From: Octopus vulgaris
Taxonomy: Eukaryota
Length of the DNA stretch: 64,000 nt
Assembly: GCA_951406725.2 (NCBI GenBank)
Contig: OX597822.1
Coordinates: 58,838,001 to 58,902,000, forward strand
Reading direction: 5' to 3'
The position numbers and the translations under genes are program-made. Below, piece by piece: positions 27,370-40,404 of the stretch. Below the pieces are notes generated by a model. It ran no database searches. It was not told the DNA's origin and worked only from the letters and a program-made list of their open reading frames with translations. How positions within the stretch are numbered: the first letter of the stretch is position 1; each line of letters starts with the position of its first letter.

Positions 27370-28405
27370 ATGATAGATAGAGCGGCGGTGAGTTAGTGAT
27401 ATTCAGCGAGAACGATTGCCTTAAACCTCTTAACGTCCTGTCATGGGGTTTAAGGATATTATGTAAATGCTCCCGCTCCCTTATCTATCTGCTTCCCTTC
27501 TATGCCTTATATATAATCCCTGGTGCAATATCTATCTAGATATGTTTACGATAATTACACTGATTGATAAAAAGGTGAATAGATAAACAGAAGTATGATT
27601 GGATGTTTGAACGAATCGATCGATCTATAAATAAATAGATAGATAGATAGATAGATAGATGCATGAATGGGCGGATTGATACCTAAACAGTCGGACCGAC
27701 ATACACATGGGTAATGGAGAAAAAAGGTGGAGAGAGAACGTGGAGACCGTCCAGGTCGAGGAGAGGGTAAACAGAGTAAGAAAGACGGAGGGAGAACGTG
27801 AGAAAGAGGGTGAGAGAGAGAGAGAGAGAGAGGGGGGAGGAGAGTCTTTGCGTGTGTGTGAGTGTGATAGAGAAAGCAAAAGTGAGAATTAGAAAGAGGG
27901 GGAGATAGAGCGAAAGAGAAGTAGATAGAGGGGAAAGACACATCTCATCATGAAAGCCGAAGAACAATACAAAGTTATATTACACTATTTTAAGTTAAGT
28001 AGCTTACACTTCAAATCACATGTGACAGGTTAGAGCAACAACAGAACATGCTGAGTGTAGAAGCGATGGACAGGAGGAGGTCTATGTGAAGGGTGTTTGC
28101 TGGGAGAGAAAAGACAACAAAGGAACGAGGGAAGCGTAATCGAAAAAGGAGGAAAGAAAACTTCTTTAAAAAAAATACATTGTATATATATATTGGGAAC
28201 AGTAACAATAAAAAGAACGAACGAGAGAGAGAGAGAGAGAAAAAAAAAGAACAAGCAAAAAAGAAAAGAACGAACGAACGAACTAAAAAAAAAATGCGAA
28301 ACCTCTAGCTGGACGAAGGAAAGGTAAGACAAAAATAATAATTTATATGACAGTATATCACTCAAACTTCTGTCCTTCTGTTTACACACACACACACACA
28401 CACAT

Positions 28406-28450
<45 letters not shown>

Positions 28451-28643
28451 CACACCCACACACACACACACACACACACATAGATACATAGTTTGAGGGT
28501 GAGAAAGAGAGTGCCAGACAGCAAGTGAGGTGAGGGTTGGAAAGGTTAGCGTTTTTTTTTTTTTGATGCTTTGTGAAAGTTTTTCAGTAGAAAACTAGAG
28601 AGGTACGGTGTAGGGTTAAAAGGTACGGTATAGCTCTTTGCCC

Positions 28644-28817
28644 TCTTCTTCTTCTTCTTCTTGTTCTTGTTCTTGTTGTTCTTGTTCTTGTTCTTGTTGT
28701 TCTTGTTCTTGTTCTTCTTTTCTTCTTCTTCTTCTTCTTCTTCTTCTTCTTCTTCTTCTTCTTCTTCTTCTTCTTCTTCTTCTTCTTCTTCTTCTTCGTC
28801 TTCGTCGTCGTCGTCGT
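28644..28817. repeat. (CTT)n / (GTTCTT)n / (CGT)n compound microsatellite
   Basis: Read directly. Confidence 0.95.
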
Positions 28818-29105
28818 TGATATGTGTTTGCTTTGCTTCCTCTCAGACTATTATTGTTTTTTCGTACGCAGACAACAGCAGAACAACAATAGCAAAACAA
28901 GAGCAGCAAAAACACAATAGCAACGACAGAATTATCGATATCTCTTTGCCTTTATCTCAAGAGACACACACATTAGGTGTCACAAATAGTCATGAAATAT
29001 TGTTAATCATATGTTATACAACTCTGAAAATATCTTTTCGTCTTTATTATATGTCGCAAAAAGTGAGCAACAGCGTTGTCAGTTATAAGATCTCAACAGA
29101 CTAAT

Positions 29106-29189
<84 letters not shown>

Positions 29190-29791
29190 GGAGTGTCAGT
29201 AATTCGGTGTAGAACAAATATTCCTATGGACTACCTTTGTAAAGTATCAGCTTTCCACTTTTTTCGTCGACATGTAAATCATACATCCATATACATTGGC
29301 GAAAATACACAAATACATACACGCACACCTACCTACCTACCTACCTACCTACCTACCTACCTACCTACCTACATACATACATACATACGTACATGCATAC
29401 ATACACTCATTCACACATGGCACCTTTGGTGTATTCTTCTATAGACTTGGGCCGACCAAGACGGAAACTGAAAGAAGCCCGTCATATATATATGTGTGTG
29501 TATTTGTCCTCCACCACCGCTTAACAATCGTTGTTGATGTGTTTACGTCCCTATAACTTAGCGGTTCGGCAAGAGAGCCTGATAGAATAAGTACCAGGCT
29601 TTACAAAAAAAAATAATAAATAAAAATAAATAAAATAAAATAATAATATGTCCTGGGATCGACTCGTTCAACTAACATTCTTCAAGGTGGTGCCTCAGAT
29701 GGCCGCACTCTAATGATTGAAACAAGCAAAAGATAATATATATATATATTCATTAAATATAAATCAGTAACAAAGATGTATATATGTCAAT

Positions 29792-29875
29792 TCATTACGG
29801 CCGTTTCGAACGACTCCTTTAATTGACCAATGGAAGCATTACATTATTACAAAGAAAACCATTCTCATCAGATGA
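29792..29875 (-). ncRNA. Type I hammerhead ribozyme, intact core, inside a 241-bp palindrome
   Basis: TCAT-CTGATGA-[gaatggttttcttt...aaaggagtcgttc stem II]-GAAA-CGGCC-GTA-ATGA, with palindromic stem III ACGGCCGT. Confidence 0.75.
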
Positions 29876-30065
29876 CCGTATAAACTTCTATGCGGTCATC
29901 TGATAAAAACGGTTTTCTTTGTAACGATGTAATGCTTTTCATTGATCAATTAAAGGAGTCGATCGAAACGGCCGTAATAAATTGAGACCTATACATCTTT
30001 GTTACTCATTTATATTTTACTTACCTACCCTGGAATCTGCACTTCGGAAGTATCTAGAAAGTGTA

Positions 30066-30290
30066 CTCTTTACTCTTTACTCTTTTACTTGTTTCAGTCA
30101 TTTGACTGCGGCCATGCTGGAGCACCGCCTTTAATCGAGCAACTCGACCCCGGGACTTATTCTTTTGTAAGCCCAGTACTTATTCTATCGGTCTCTTTTG
30201 CCGAACCGCTAAGTAACGGGGACATAAACACACCAGCATCGGTTGTCAAGCAATGCTAGGGGGACAAACACAGACACACAAACACACGCA

Positions 30291-30336
<46 letters not shown>

Positions 30337-30495
30337 TACGACGAGCTTCTTTCAGTTTCCGTCTACCAAATCCACTCACAAGGCTTTGGTCGGCCCGAGG
30401 CTATAGTAGAAGACACTTGTCCAAGGTGCCACGCAGTGGGACTGAACCCGGAACCAAGTGGTTGGTAAACAAGCTACTTACCACACAGCCACTCC
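30066..30495 (-). mobile_element. SINE family A, near-consensus full copy
   Basis: Head, internal (TA)n, body and (AAAAGAGT)n tail are all present, with CpGs intact. Confidence 0.85.
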
Positions 30496-30705
30496 TTTAT
30501 AAAAAGTACATGTCTGAACAAACAGGAGCGGATTTATTCACTAATCTGGATCGTCGTGCCATCTGCATACACTGCATGAATATCGGGTAGAAAAAAATGT
30601 GGAGTTTGAAACTCACCTAATATTGTTTGAGTGTGCAAATATGTTCGTCCTAACAAGGTGTCTCAATTTAAATACCTAATTTAATTGAATCTAAATTACA
30701 TTATA

Positions 30706-30782
<77 letters not shown>

Positions 30783-30958
30783 TATACATCCTTTAAGTTC
30801 GTTTACAGGATACGTTTTGAATATCCATATAAAAGCTCTTATTCCATTATGCCGGCCACAACCTAATGATGCCAATTGGCGATGCTAGTTTTTTTGGGTC
30901 GTATCGAGCTGTGCTGATATAATTTAGGATAAATATAGTAATAATAATAATAATAATA

Positions 30959-31109
<151 letters not shown>

Positions 31110-31111
31110 TA

Positions 31112-31172
<61 letters not shown>

Positions 31173-31727
31173 TGCCCTGATGCAGTACCAGGCAGTGACT
31201 CTCATGGCTTCTGATCTTAACTGATTGGAAGTGTTATCATGTACATTGTTTTGTCTTGGTATAAAAGATGGGCTACAGCAAATATTCTGCTCAATACCAC
31301 AGATTTGCTTGTCAATTGTTTGACCTTAACCAGTTGAGCATGTCCCTTAGTGGCTGACGATATGTGCATCTCTGATCACGAGCAGAAGTAGTGGGGGGGC
31401 ATCATAGCCATGTGTTGAGAGGGATTCTTTGGAGTTTGAATAATTCACCTCTGGAAACATGGGTGGTTCTTTCAACATCCTTAAACAACCCTTATTCAGG
31501 GACCTTTTGAGCGGGATGGGCTACTCAACCTGAAGAAAATTCTAACTGGGCCCCACCTGCAAGGTCATGTGCTGTTTATCTTGATATGAGATCACCATAT
31601 CGCGCACATATGGTTGTGATGCATGTGCCTGGTGTACCTTTATCAGACGGGTAGTCATGATGGGTATATTGGGCTTCGTATATTTTACCCCAGTGTCACT
31701 TTGATGGCATGAACTGCTCTCTCACTC
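31173..31727. mobile_element. ~555-bp non-coding element embedded in (AAT)n, copy 1
   Basis: Highly similar to 31824-32375 and 39912-41743, with the same termini and (AAT)n on both sides. Confidence 0.85.
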
Positions 31728-31823
<96 letters not shown>

Positions 31824-32375
31824 TGCCCTGATGCAGTACCAGGCAGTGGCTCTCATGGCAGTGGCTCTCATCTTAACTGATTGGAAGTGTTATCATGTAC
31901 ATCGTTTTGTCTTGGTATAAAAGATGGGCTACAGCAAATATTCTGCTCAATACCACAGATTTGCTTGTCAGTTGTTTGACCTTAACCAGTTGAGCATGTC
32001 CCTTTGTGGCTGACGATATGTGCATCTCTAATCATGAGCAGAAGTAGTGGGGGAGTATCATAGCCGTGTGTTGAGAGGGATTCTTTAGGGTTTGAATAAT
32101 TCACCTCTGGAAACATGGGTGTTTTGTTCAACATCCTTAAACAACCCTTAATCAGGGACCTTTTGAGCGGGATGGGTTACTCGACCAGAATAAAATTCTA
32201 ACTGGGCCCCACCTGCAAGGTCATGCGCTGTTTATCTTGATATGAGGTCGCGCACATATGGTTGTGATGCATGTGTCTGGTGTACCCTTATCAGACGAGT
32301 AGTCATGATGGGTATACTGGGTTTCGTATATTTTACCCCAGTGTCACTTTGATGGCATGCGCTGCCCTAGCACTC
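31824..32375. mobile_element. ~555-bp (AAT)n-embedded element, copy 2
   Basis: As copy 1, with independent substitutions and indels. Confidence 0.85.
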
Positions 32376-32478
<103 letters not shown>

Positions 32479-32739
32479 CCGAAGAAACGGATGCATGAGC
32501 ATGATCTGCTCAATGTCCATGGATACTACGGATTGCACTGTAATCATCCCAGGAATATGGACTATGATCTTAAGAATCATGATTTTTGGAAACGCACATT
32601 AAAATATTTATAAATTCCGTTAAATATTATTACTTATTACTTTAAAAGACCATAAACATAATTTTCATGATAACCCCACTTGTAGATTGTTAAACCCAGC
32701 GAGATCTGAAATTGGGTAAGTAACTAAAAAATACTAAGA

Positions 32740-34326
32740 AACATTGGGATATGATCTGGGAAGAGGTAAGGGAAAACTAAACCACTTGCTATTCATGGAC
32801 TACCTGAAGCTATTCACAAAAACTGAGGCAGAACTGGACAGACTAGTCCAGTCTGTGCGGATTTTCTCCAATGATATTAAGATGGAGTTTGGACTCTCAA
32901 AATGTGCTACGATGGTGATGGAACGAGGACAGCTTGCCAGTACAGAAGGCATATGGCTACCAAGTGGTGAAATGATGAAGGCAATTCAACCTTAATTCAG
33001 CTATAAATACCTGGGAATACTTGAGGCAGATGGAATCAAGTACCACGACATGAAGGAAAACAAAAGAGAATACCTGCGGCGAGTGAGAAAAATATTGATT
33101 TCAAGCTGAATGCCAGAAATATAATTTCTACAATAAACTCGCGCACTGCCGCAGTAGTTCGTTATGGCGCTGGAATCCCGAAGTGGACAGAGGAGATGGA
33201 CAGGAAGTCAAGAAAGCTCCTACCGATGCATGGAGTCCATCATCCACGTGCAGAACTGATCGCCTATATATGTAGAGAACAAATGGAGGAAAGGGACTGA
33301 TAAGTGTGGAAGACTGCGTGCGTATCGAACTCGAGAACCTAATGAGATACCTATCCCAAAGTAAGGAAACATTGCTAGTGACAGTTAGGAACGAGGGAGT
33401 ATTGAGAGCAGGAAAAAAAGGGAAAACAAAAGAAGTACAAAAAGGACATGAAGAAGAATTACACAAGAAGGGACTACACAATCAATTCCATGTAGCCACA
33501 ACAGAAGTTGCAGGAAAAAATAGGTGGGATTGGCTGATGAACGGAAGCCTAAAAAAAGGGACCGAAAACACTATACTGGCAGCGCAGGACCAAGCTTTGA
33601 CCACGAACTGGAAGGTCAGCCTTAGGAATGTGTAAGTGTCTCCGCTGTGTCACATCTGCAATAAAGTGGATGAAACCATTGTTCATATCACGAACGAATG
33701 CCCTAGACTTGCCCCAAACCACTACAAGTTGTGGCGATACGACCAGGTAGCGAAGTGCTACACTGGAAACTGTGCAAAAAAGGGGGCTAGAGAGAGGCAA
33801 GATGTGGTATGAGTACAAACCACAGAGAGTGGCGGAGTCGGAGGCTAGCAAAATCCTCAAGGATGTCCCAATCCCAATAGTTCAGGTGCTAGAGCATAAC
33901 AGACTGGACCTAGTGGTGGTGGACAAATTGCACGACATATGCTATATAGTTGATGTTGCATGGCCCTTTGACCCACGAATAGTCAAGAAGGAAGACGAAA
34001 AGATAGACAGATACAACCCTCTTAAGTACGAAATAGCCCGGCTATGGAAAATGAAGAATGTGAAGATAGTGCCAATTATTGTTGGGTCATTGGGAACAGT
34101 ATCAGAAGGCATCAAGAGGAATATAAAAGGATTTGGAATGGAGTGCCCAGTAGAACTATTACAAAAGGTTTGCCTCCTTGGCACGGCCAGAATAATCAGG
34201 TAAGTATTAGATTGCTGAAAAGAACGAATAGCATGGTTCCGTAGGCTGCGGGTAGTAAGCCCGCTACGCATGCAAGACTCCAGGAGCTCTAACAGAACCT
34301 GTTATAAAGAGAAAATGATAATAATA
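32740..34326 (+). mobile_element. 5'-truncated R4/Dong-like non-LTR retrotransposon (RT C-terminus, CCHC finger, restriction-like endonuclease), pseudogenised
   Basis: Motifs NHLLFMDYLKLF, KYLGILE, CHICNKVDETIVHITNECP and HNRLDLVVVD..YIVDVAWP..KIDRYNPL. Ends in a short (ATA)n tail and has several frameshifts. Confidence 0.85.
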
Positions 34327-34329
34327 ACA

Positions 34330-35330
34330 GACCTAAAAAACGGCCAAGGATTTTTATTTGGTTCGCCCTCCCTTTTCCTTTAATATAAAAACTAACGTAG
34401 GTAAAAGATTCCCCTCTCTCCTAGACTAACACTTTCCAGTAACTCACAGATACAGGAAAATATTTAATAGGTGTTCTGTGAAATTATATCATTGCTTTCT
34501 CGATATGAAGTGCATCATTACACGAGGTCAATACCAAGAGCTTAAATCCAGTTGTAACTATCGAGACCCAGGATCCCTGTCCACTTGACCAACGATATCT
34601 GATTCAATCTGTCATTTACGAAGCAGAATTTACTGCAACGCTGGATGATAATACAACAAATAAGACCTATATTGGATTATGTGAAGGAGAATTTAAAATT
34701 TGCTGTCCCAACCACATAGCCTCCTTTCGACATAAGCATAAAGCAAAGGTACTAAGTTGGCTAACCACGTATGGAGTTTGAAATTTAACGTAACACCGCA
34801 TGTGATTAAGTGGAAAATAATTGAAAAATCCCCACCTAATGTTAATGATTCGAATAAATGTAAGCTAGGTTTAGCTGAAAGAGCTCAGATCCTTTCAGAT
34901 CTACTGAATACTAGGGCTGAAATTTTCAGCGGTTGTAAACATATGCCTAAGTACATTTAAAAGAATTGGAAAATTCCGCCGATACCCGATTAATCTGGTG
35001 ATATCTTTCCAGCCTTGTGATTTATAAGGTCTAAGGAGGATAACTCTCTTACCTTTTATACTGTTTACTTTTTTCGTTTTCCATTTTTTAACCTTCCACG
35101 TTTTCTATATGCCTCCTTCTCAACTTTTCGCATTTCTTCTCTCGTTCAATTTTTAGTTCGTTATGATATGTGGTTTGTGCCTGATGAATATATTTGAAGT
35201 ATTTCTCAACATATGAAACTATTAGTAGCACATAAAAAAAAGCATTATGTCTCTATTAAATCATATTTATCTCGAACCAGATGAAGTACTTTTTTTTGTT
35301 GATCTTACACCATCACGGAACAGTACATTA
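34330..35330 (+). mobile_element. Penelope-like element 3' end (GIY-YIG endonuclease, probably Naiad-type) with pLTR, decayed
   Basis: CN(Y)RDPGS-CPL (CxCx5C-like), SVIYEA..KTYIGL, LANHVWSLK..IKWKI..KCKL, LLNTRAEIFSGCKH, followed by a hammerhead at 35176. Confidence 0.8.
35176..35232 (+). ncRNA. Type I hammerhead ribozyme in Penelope pLTR
   Basis: TGTGC-CTGATGA-ATAT...ATAT-GAAA-CTATTA-GTA-GCACA: 5-bp stem I, intact core, stem III ACT/AGT with a 3-nt loop, and a GUA cleavage triplet. Confidence 0.85.
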
Positions 35331-35681
35331 TCTCTCTCTCTCTTATACATACATAAATGCATACTTATAAATAATCCTTTCTTCTAATTTAGACACATGT
35401 CCAGCAGTTTCGAGAGAGGGATGTTAGTTAATTATATCGGCACCAGTTCTTGACTGCTATTTAATTAATCAGCTCTGTAAGTAATGGAAGGCAAAGTTCA
35501 CCTCGGGGTTTGAACTTAGAACATAAAGATCTGAAAGAACTACCGCAAGGCATTTTTTTTCTGATGTCCTAACAATAATGCCATTTACCTGCTATCACAC
35601 AGGTGTTATCCTTAATATTATATTAACGTCTGCTGGACAACTGATTTCTACAACTGTGTTACTTTCTTTTCTCTGTCCCAG

Positions 35682-35762
35682 ACTTTTATATCTGGTCTAT
35701 TATGCGTACATGTTACATAGGTTTTGACAGGAATATTCAACCGGTATTATTCCACATTATGG
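35682..35762 (+). other. Candidate 81-nt exon of an unidentified + strand gene
   Basis: Strong acceptor ttcttttctctgtcccAG and strong donor ATGG|GTGAGT. One frame is open (FYIWSIMRTCYIGFDRNIQPVLFHIM). Confidence 0.5.
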
Positions 35763-36018
35763 GTGAGTATACCCATAACCCTAACCCTATGGATTGAATT
35801 TTATACTGTTTTGGCCACGACATACTGCCCTACAGGTAGATAGTATTGTGATTACATTGTGTTTATAATGTGCGAGATTTTTTATCAGCATCTTAATCTT
35901 ATTTTTGCATTAAGTATTGTGTTGTAATATGTCTTCCTTATTATTGCAAAATATCCTCGAAAGTAGGAGCTAGTGTACTAGCTCTTGTTACAAGATAGAC
36001 TACTTTGTTTATCTGTGT

Positions 36019-36118
36019 NNNNNNNNNNNNNNNNNNNNNNNNNNNNNNNNNNNNNNNNNNNNNNNNNNNNNNNNNNNNNNNNNNNNNNNNNNNNNNNNNN
36101 NNNNNNNNNNNNNNNNNN
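36019..36118. other. Assembly gap (100 N)
   Basis: A run of exactly 100 N, a typical placeholder for a gap of unknown size. Confidence 0.99.
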
Positions 36119-37128
36119 CTAGCTGTGGATGTGACACACTACCGTCAGCGAATGTACCTCTCCATGGTCGACTGTGGGCCGGGCAGGCTGGCCATTTGGA
36201 GGGAGTTGAGATCGTGCAGATCCTGAACGGGATATTTTTAGAGAGAGGTCCCGTGGAAGAACTACTGATGGACAACGGGGCGGCGTTTCGTTCGGAAGCA
36301 TTGAGGATTATGCTTGATCGGTGGAATGTGCGACGCTTGTTCAGAGCAGTGTATAGGCCGAGCGGTAACGGGATCGTGGAGAGGCACCATCGGACAGTCA
36401 AGGCCATAGCGGAAAGGGGGCACATTTCGCCGCTTGAAGCAGTTTTTTGGTACAACTTGTCTCCCCGATCCGGACAAGCTGAGGAATCTGTACCGCAGAG
36501 AGCTGTGTTCAAATATGAATGGAGGCACCCGAGCAAAGCGCCTGAGGGTCACGAGGAAGAGAAGGGACCCGTTCGCGTGAAAATAGGGGAGGAAGTCTGG
36601 GTCAAGCCACCAAAGGCGCGCTGTACGTCTCAATGGAGCAGAGGAACGGTGACGGCGATCAATTCCAGAAGCAACGTATCCGTAGATGGAACACCACGAC
36701 ACGTCTTGGACCTTCACAGGATTGTTGCTTCGACGGACGATGATTCTGGAGAGGGGGAGAACGAGGTGCCCAGCTTGAGAAGATCTCGATGAGCAAGGCG
36801 CTCTCCCGGTTGGATGGTGGACTACAACATGGAGCGGAGAGATTGTGATCTTTAAGATCAGGGTGGCGTGTGGGATGACGTCAGCAGCCGGGTGCGTTGA
36901 CCGGAAGCTGGGGCAAGCGGAAGGGGTCAGCTGTCAGGCATGCGCAGGGAGCGGAAATTGCCCTTTCCAACGTGGGTCGTGCAGGTGACAAGACGTGTGA
37001 GGACGTCGCTAAGGGTTTGGGGCTAGCAGCTGCTATCGTTAGTGTTCGGGTCAGGGCTGTGAGGAAGGACTAGTCATCACTGGAGGGTCTCCGTCACTAC
37101 GAAGAGAAGGTAGGTGCCTCTATATTCA
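36119..37128 (+). mobile_element. Gypsy-type LTR retrotransposon 3' end: integrase core and probable 3' LTR
   Basis: LAVDVTHY..YLSMVD, then after a frameshift LLMDNG-x-GNGIVER with D35E spacing. A short purine-rich stretch precedes TG at about 36869. The GC/CpG-rich LTR-like segment has an uncertain right end. Confidence 0.85.
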
Positions 37129-37852
37129 AATCGCGCACTCACTACAACAAGATAATATTTCCCCATGGCTAGACATGTTTTTCATAGAAGACGAGAAATT
37201 AATAACATTGCTTTTATGATGATGATGATGATGATGCAGTTTGCAACCATCACGTGATGTCAGGATAAAGGTACACACAAAAAACATGAAGCTTATAGCA
37301 CAGCCCACAGGTTTGCTAGTTCGTTGAACTGTATGTTAAATGATGATATCTCCCCATCCTCTCTCTCTCTATATATATATGTGTGTGTATGTATATGAGG
37401 TTGGAAAGGACATCCAGCTATAGATTCCTTGCTAAAATAGGCAGAAGAACTCAGTGCAATCCACTGGACTCATCAGTTCCTGTCAAACAATCCAACTCAC
37501 ATCATCATGGAAGGCAGACATTAAATGACAATGACAATGATGATGTGAAGGCATTTTGCAGTTTCTATCTATCAAATCTACTCAGAAAGTTTTGCTTGGC
37601 CTGGAGCTATAGTAGAACTATAGAACAAGACACCCAAGGTGCTGGGCAGTGGGACTGAACCAAAGATCACATGATTGGAGAGCAAGCTTCTTAACCTTGC
37701 AGACATGGCTGTATGTGATAGAAATAACAGCTATTATCATTTTGCTTACTGTTATAGTATTAAGAAAAACAGCTGTTATAATGATGCTAATGGCTATAGT
37801 AGTCAAGGTAACAATGATTATGATTATAACAATAAAATAAATTTATACTGAC

Positions 37853-38080
37853 ATCTTTTTCTAAATCTCTTAATCTCATGTCCAACACCTTCACTTCAGT
37901 GTCATGACTGCGATTGATTTCATTTATTTTTTCTTTAAAGGCTTCATCGGCAGCCAACTGCTTCAACTGTTGCTCATTTATGATGCTTTCCAGTTCATCA
38001 ACTCTGTGGTAGAGTGCCTGCAAGTGCCGGTTGGCTTCTTGGATCGTTGATCGGGGAAACATATCTTTCCCCTCAGACAT
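37853..38080 (-). CDS. VMAC: First coding exon of a VMAC-like (vimentin-type intermediate filament-associated coiled-coil) protein
   Basis: MSEGKDMFPRSTIQEANRHLQALYHRVDELE...LRDLEKD (76 aa) resembles the recalled vertebrate VMAC N-terminus IREANAHLAAVHRRAAELE. Acceptor ctttttcAG lies 13 nt before the ATG (exon starts 38093) and the donor is GAT|GTCAGT, phase 0. Confidence 0.7.
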
Positions 38081-38384
38081 GGATGATGTCAGTCTGAAAA
38101 AGAAGGAAATAGTGATAAGTCTGTTACAATCTAGAGAGATTAAGTCAATAAAAGGGCTCCTTTTTTTTTTAATAATTTTTTTCTTTCTGTCAAACTTACT
38201 TAAGGGCCAATCTTGTACAATGTATGTGACAGTCAGAGAAGCAAATCATGAAAGCTCTAAGCTGTAAATCTTAAACATTTACAAGGATTTTATTGATTTA
38301 ATTTTCACAGTAAAATTTGACAACAAATATTTTAATCTGGAATTTATGTTGAATTTTTTGAAGAGGATCCATAAAGTGTATCAC

Positions 38385-39250
38385 CATTATCATTTAGTGT
38401 CCATTTTCCATGCTAGCATGAGTTAGATGGTTTGACAGGAACTGTAAGCTGGAGAGCTGTACCAGGCTCCTGTCTGGTTTCTACGGCTGGATGCCCTTCC
38501 AAATGCCAACCACTGCAAAAGTGCAGTGAGTGTCTTCTATGTGTCACTGGCATGGGTGCCTTTTATGTGTCACTTGCACTGGCTATGGCCATGATCTCAT
38601 TTAGCTTGTAGGGTCTTCTCAAGCACAGCAAATTGCCAAAGGTCTTGATCATGTCATTGCCTCCATGACACCCAACATCTGAATATTACGCTTCACCATC
38701 TTGGGTCTTCTGCTTTCACAGATTCCCTTCACAGATAGTGATCGGCACTTCTCTACACATCTGTCCTCATCCATATGCATCACATGACCATACCTGTGCA
38801 ATCTTCTCTCCTGCACACCACATCTGATGCATCTCATGTCCAATTTTTCTCTGAAGATGTTTACACTCTGTTGTACATGCACACTGACATTGTACATCCA
38901 GTGAAGCATACTAGCTTAATTTCTTTCAAGCCTTCACATGTTTTCTGCTGTCATAGCCCATGTTTCACAGGCATCATACAATCTGTCTTTCATTCTAAGA
39001 GAGGGGCCCTTTGTTACCAACAAAGGTAGAATCTCTCTGAACTTTGCCCAGCCTATTCTTATTCTAGCAGCTATGCTCTCAGAGTATCCACCACCACTGT
39101 TGAGTTGGTCACCTACATAACGGAAGCTATCCACTACTTCTAAGTATCCTTCCTGGCTTTTTCTCCCAGAGTCTATTTTCTGTACATTTCTAGTGTTTAT
39201 TGTACCTATACACCTGCTACACACAAAAATGATTTTCTCTGTTACATACA
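38385..39250 (-). mobile_element. RTE-clade LINE 3' portion, decayed
   Basis: VVDSFRYVG..ARIRIGWAKFREILPLL and ERRLHRYGHVMHMDEDRCVEKC. Its 3' UTR is shared with 48845-49430 and 43065-43590. Confidence 0.85.
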
Positions 39251-40404
39251 TAACATACATGACATTGCACAAAATGCCTTTTATCATATGAAAATATTAA
39301 CTGCTAATTACTTTGAGCTGCTCCAGAGCAACATAAAAAGCCTAATGTTGTTCATTTACAATAACATTGGAATTTCAAAAAATGCTAATGAATTTGCTGG
39401 ATAACAATATCTGTGGTTACAGTTTTCATTTTCCTGATGTGATGTGCATGACAAGAATGGCTTCCAAATAGTGTGAATCTAGAAGAAACTGTCTCAATAT
39501 TGATATCTGGTCAAAAAATTAAATTGTATATGGTAATTTTTATTGTAAGAAGGAATTTCTTCTTCATTGTAACTGCAGTGAATTTGCCTTTAGAAGTTAA
39601 AATATGCCATAAACAAATTTGAAGTAACCTAAAGTTTTAGAAGGACATAGAGCTGAAAACTGGAATGATGTTTACTACTATTATTCGTTTCAAATTTTGG
39701 CACTATACCAGAAATTTTGTCACATCAACCCCAGTGCTTGACAGGTGCATCCCAAAAGAATGAAATGTAAAGTTGACCTTGGCAAAATTTGAACTCAGAA
39801 CACAATGAGGGACAAAATGCTGTTAAGCATTTTATCCAGTGAGGAGGAGGAGGAGCTGCCACCACCGCCGCCACCACCACCACCACTACTATTACTGATA
39901 ATAATAATATATACCCTGATGCAGTACCAGACAGTGACTCTCATGGCTTCTGACCTTAACTGATTGGAAGTGTTATCATGTACATTGTTTTGTGTTGGTA
40001 TAAAAGATGGGCTACAGCAAATATTCTGCTCAATACCACAGATTTGCTTGTCAGTTATTTGACCTTAACCAGTTGACCATGTCCTTTAGTGGCTGACGAT
40101 ATGTGCATCTCTAATCACAAGCAGAAGTAGTGGGGAGCATCATAGCCGTGTGTTGAAAGGAATTCTTAGAGGTTTGGATAATTCACCTTTGGAAATATGG
40201 GTGGTTCATTCAACATCCTTAAACAATCCTTATTCAGGGGACTTTTGAGCGGGATGGGCTACTCGACCAGAAGAAAATTCTAACTGGGCCCCACCTGCAA
40301 GGTCATGCGCTATTTATCTTGATATGAGATCATTATGTCACGCACATATGGTTGTGATGCATGTGCCTGGTGTACCCTTATCAGACAGGTAGTCATGATG
40401 GGTA

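Noticed and set aside
28616-29104. Poly-Arg/Ser/Leu ORFs resembling protamine-like proteins
   Set aside because: They derive entirely from a (CTT)n microsatellite, with no splice or homology support.
31350-31395. Hammerhead inside the AAT element (CTGACGA...GAAG)
   Set aside because: GAAA is absent and stems I and III cannot be formed in any of the three copies.
34540-34960. Selenoprotein-type Naiad element (UGA at conserved Cys)
   Set aside because: The visible conserved Cys positions are TGT or point mutants (TAT, GGT), not TGA, and I did not recognise a SECIS.
35776-35788. Telomeric (TAACCC)n
   Set aside because: Only two units, which is expected by chance.
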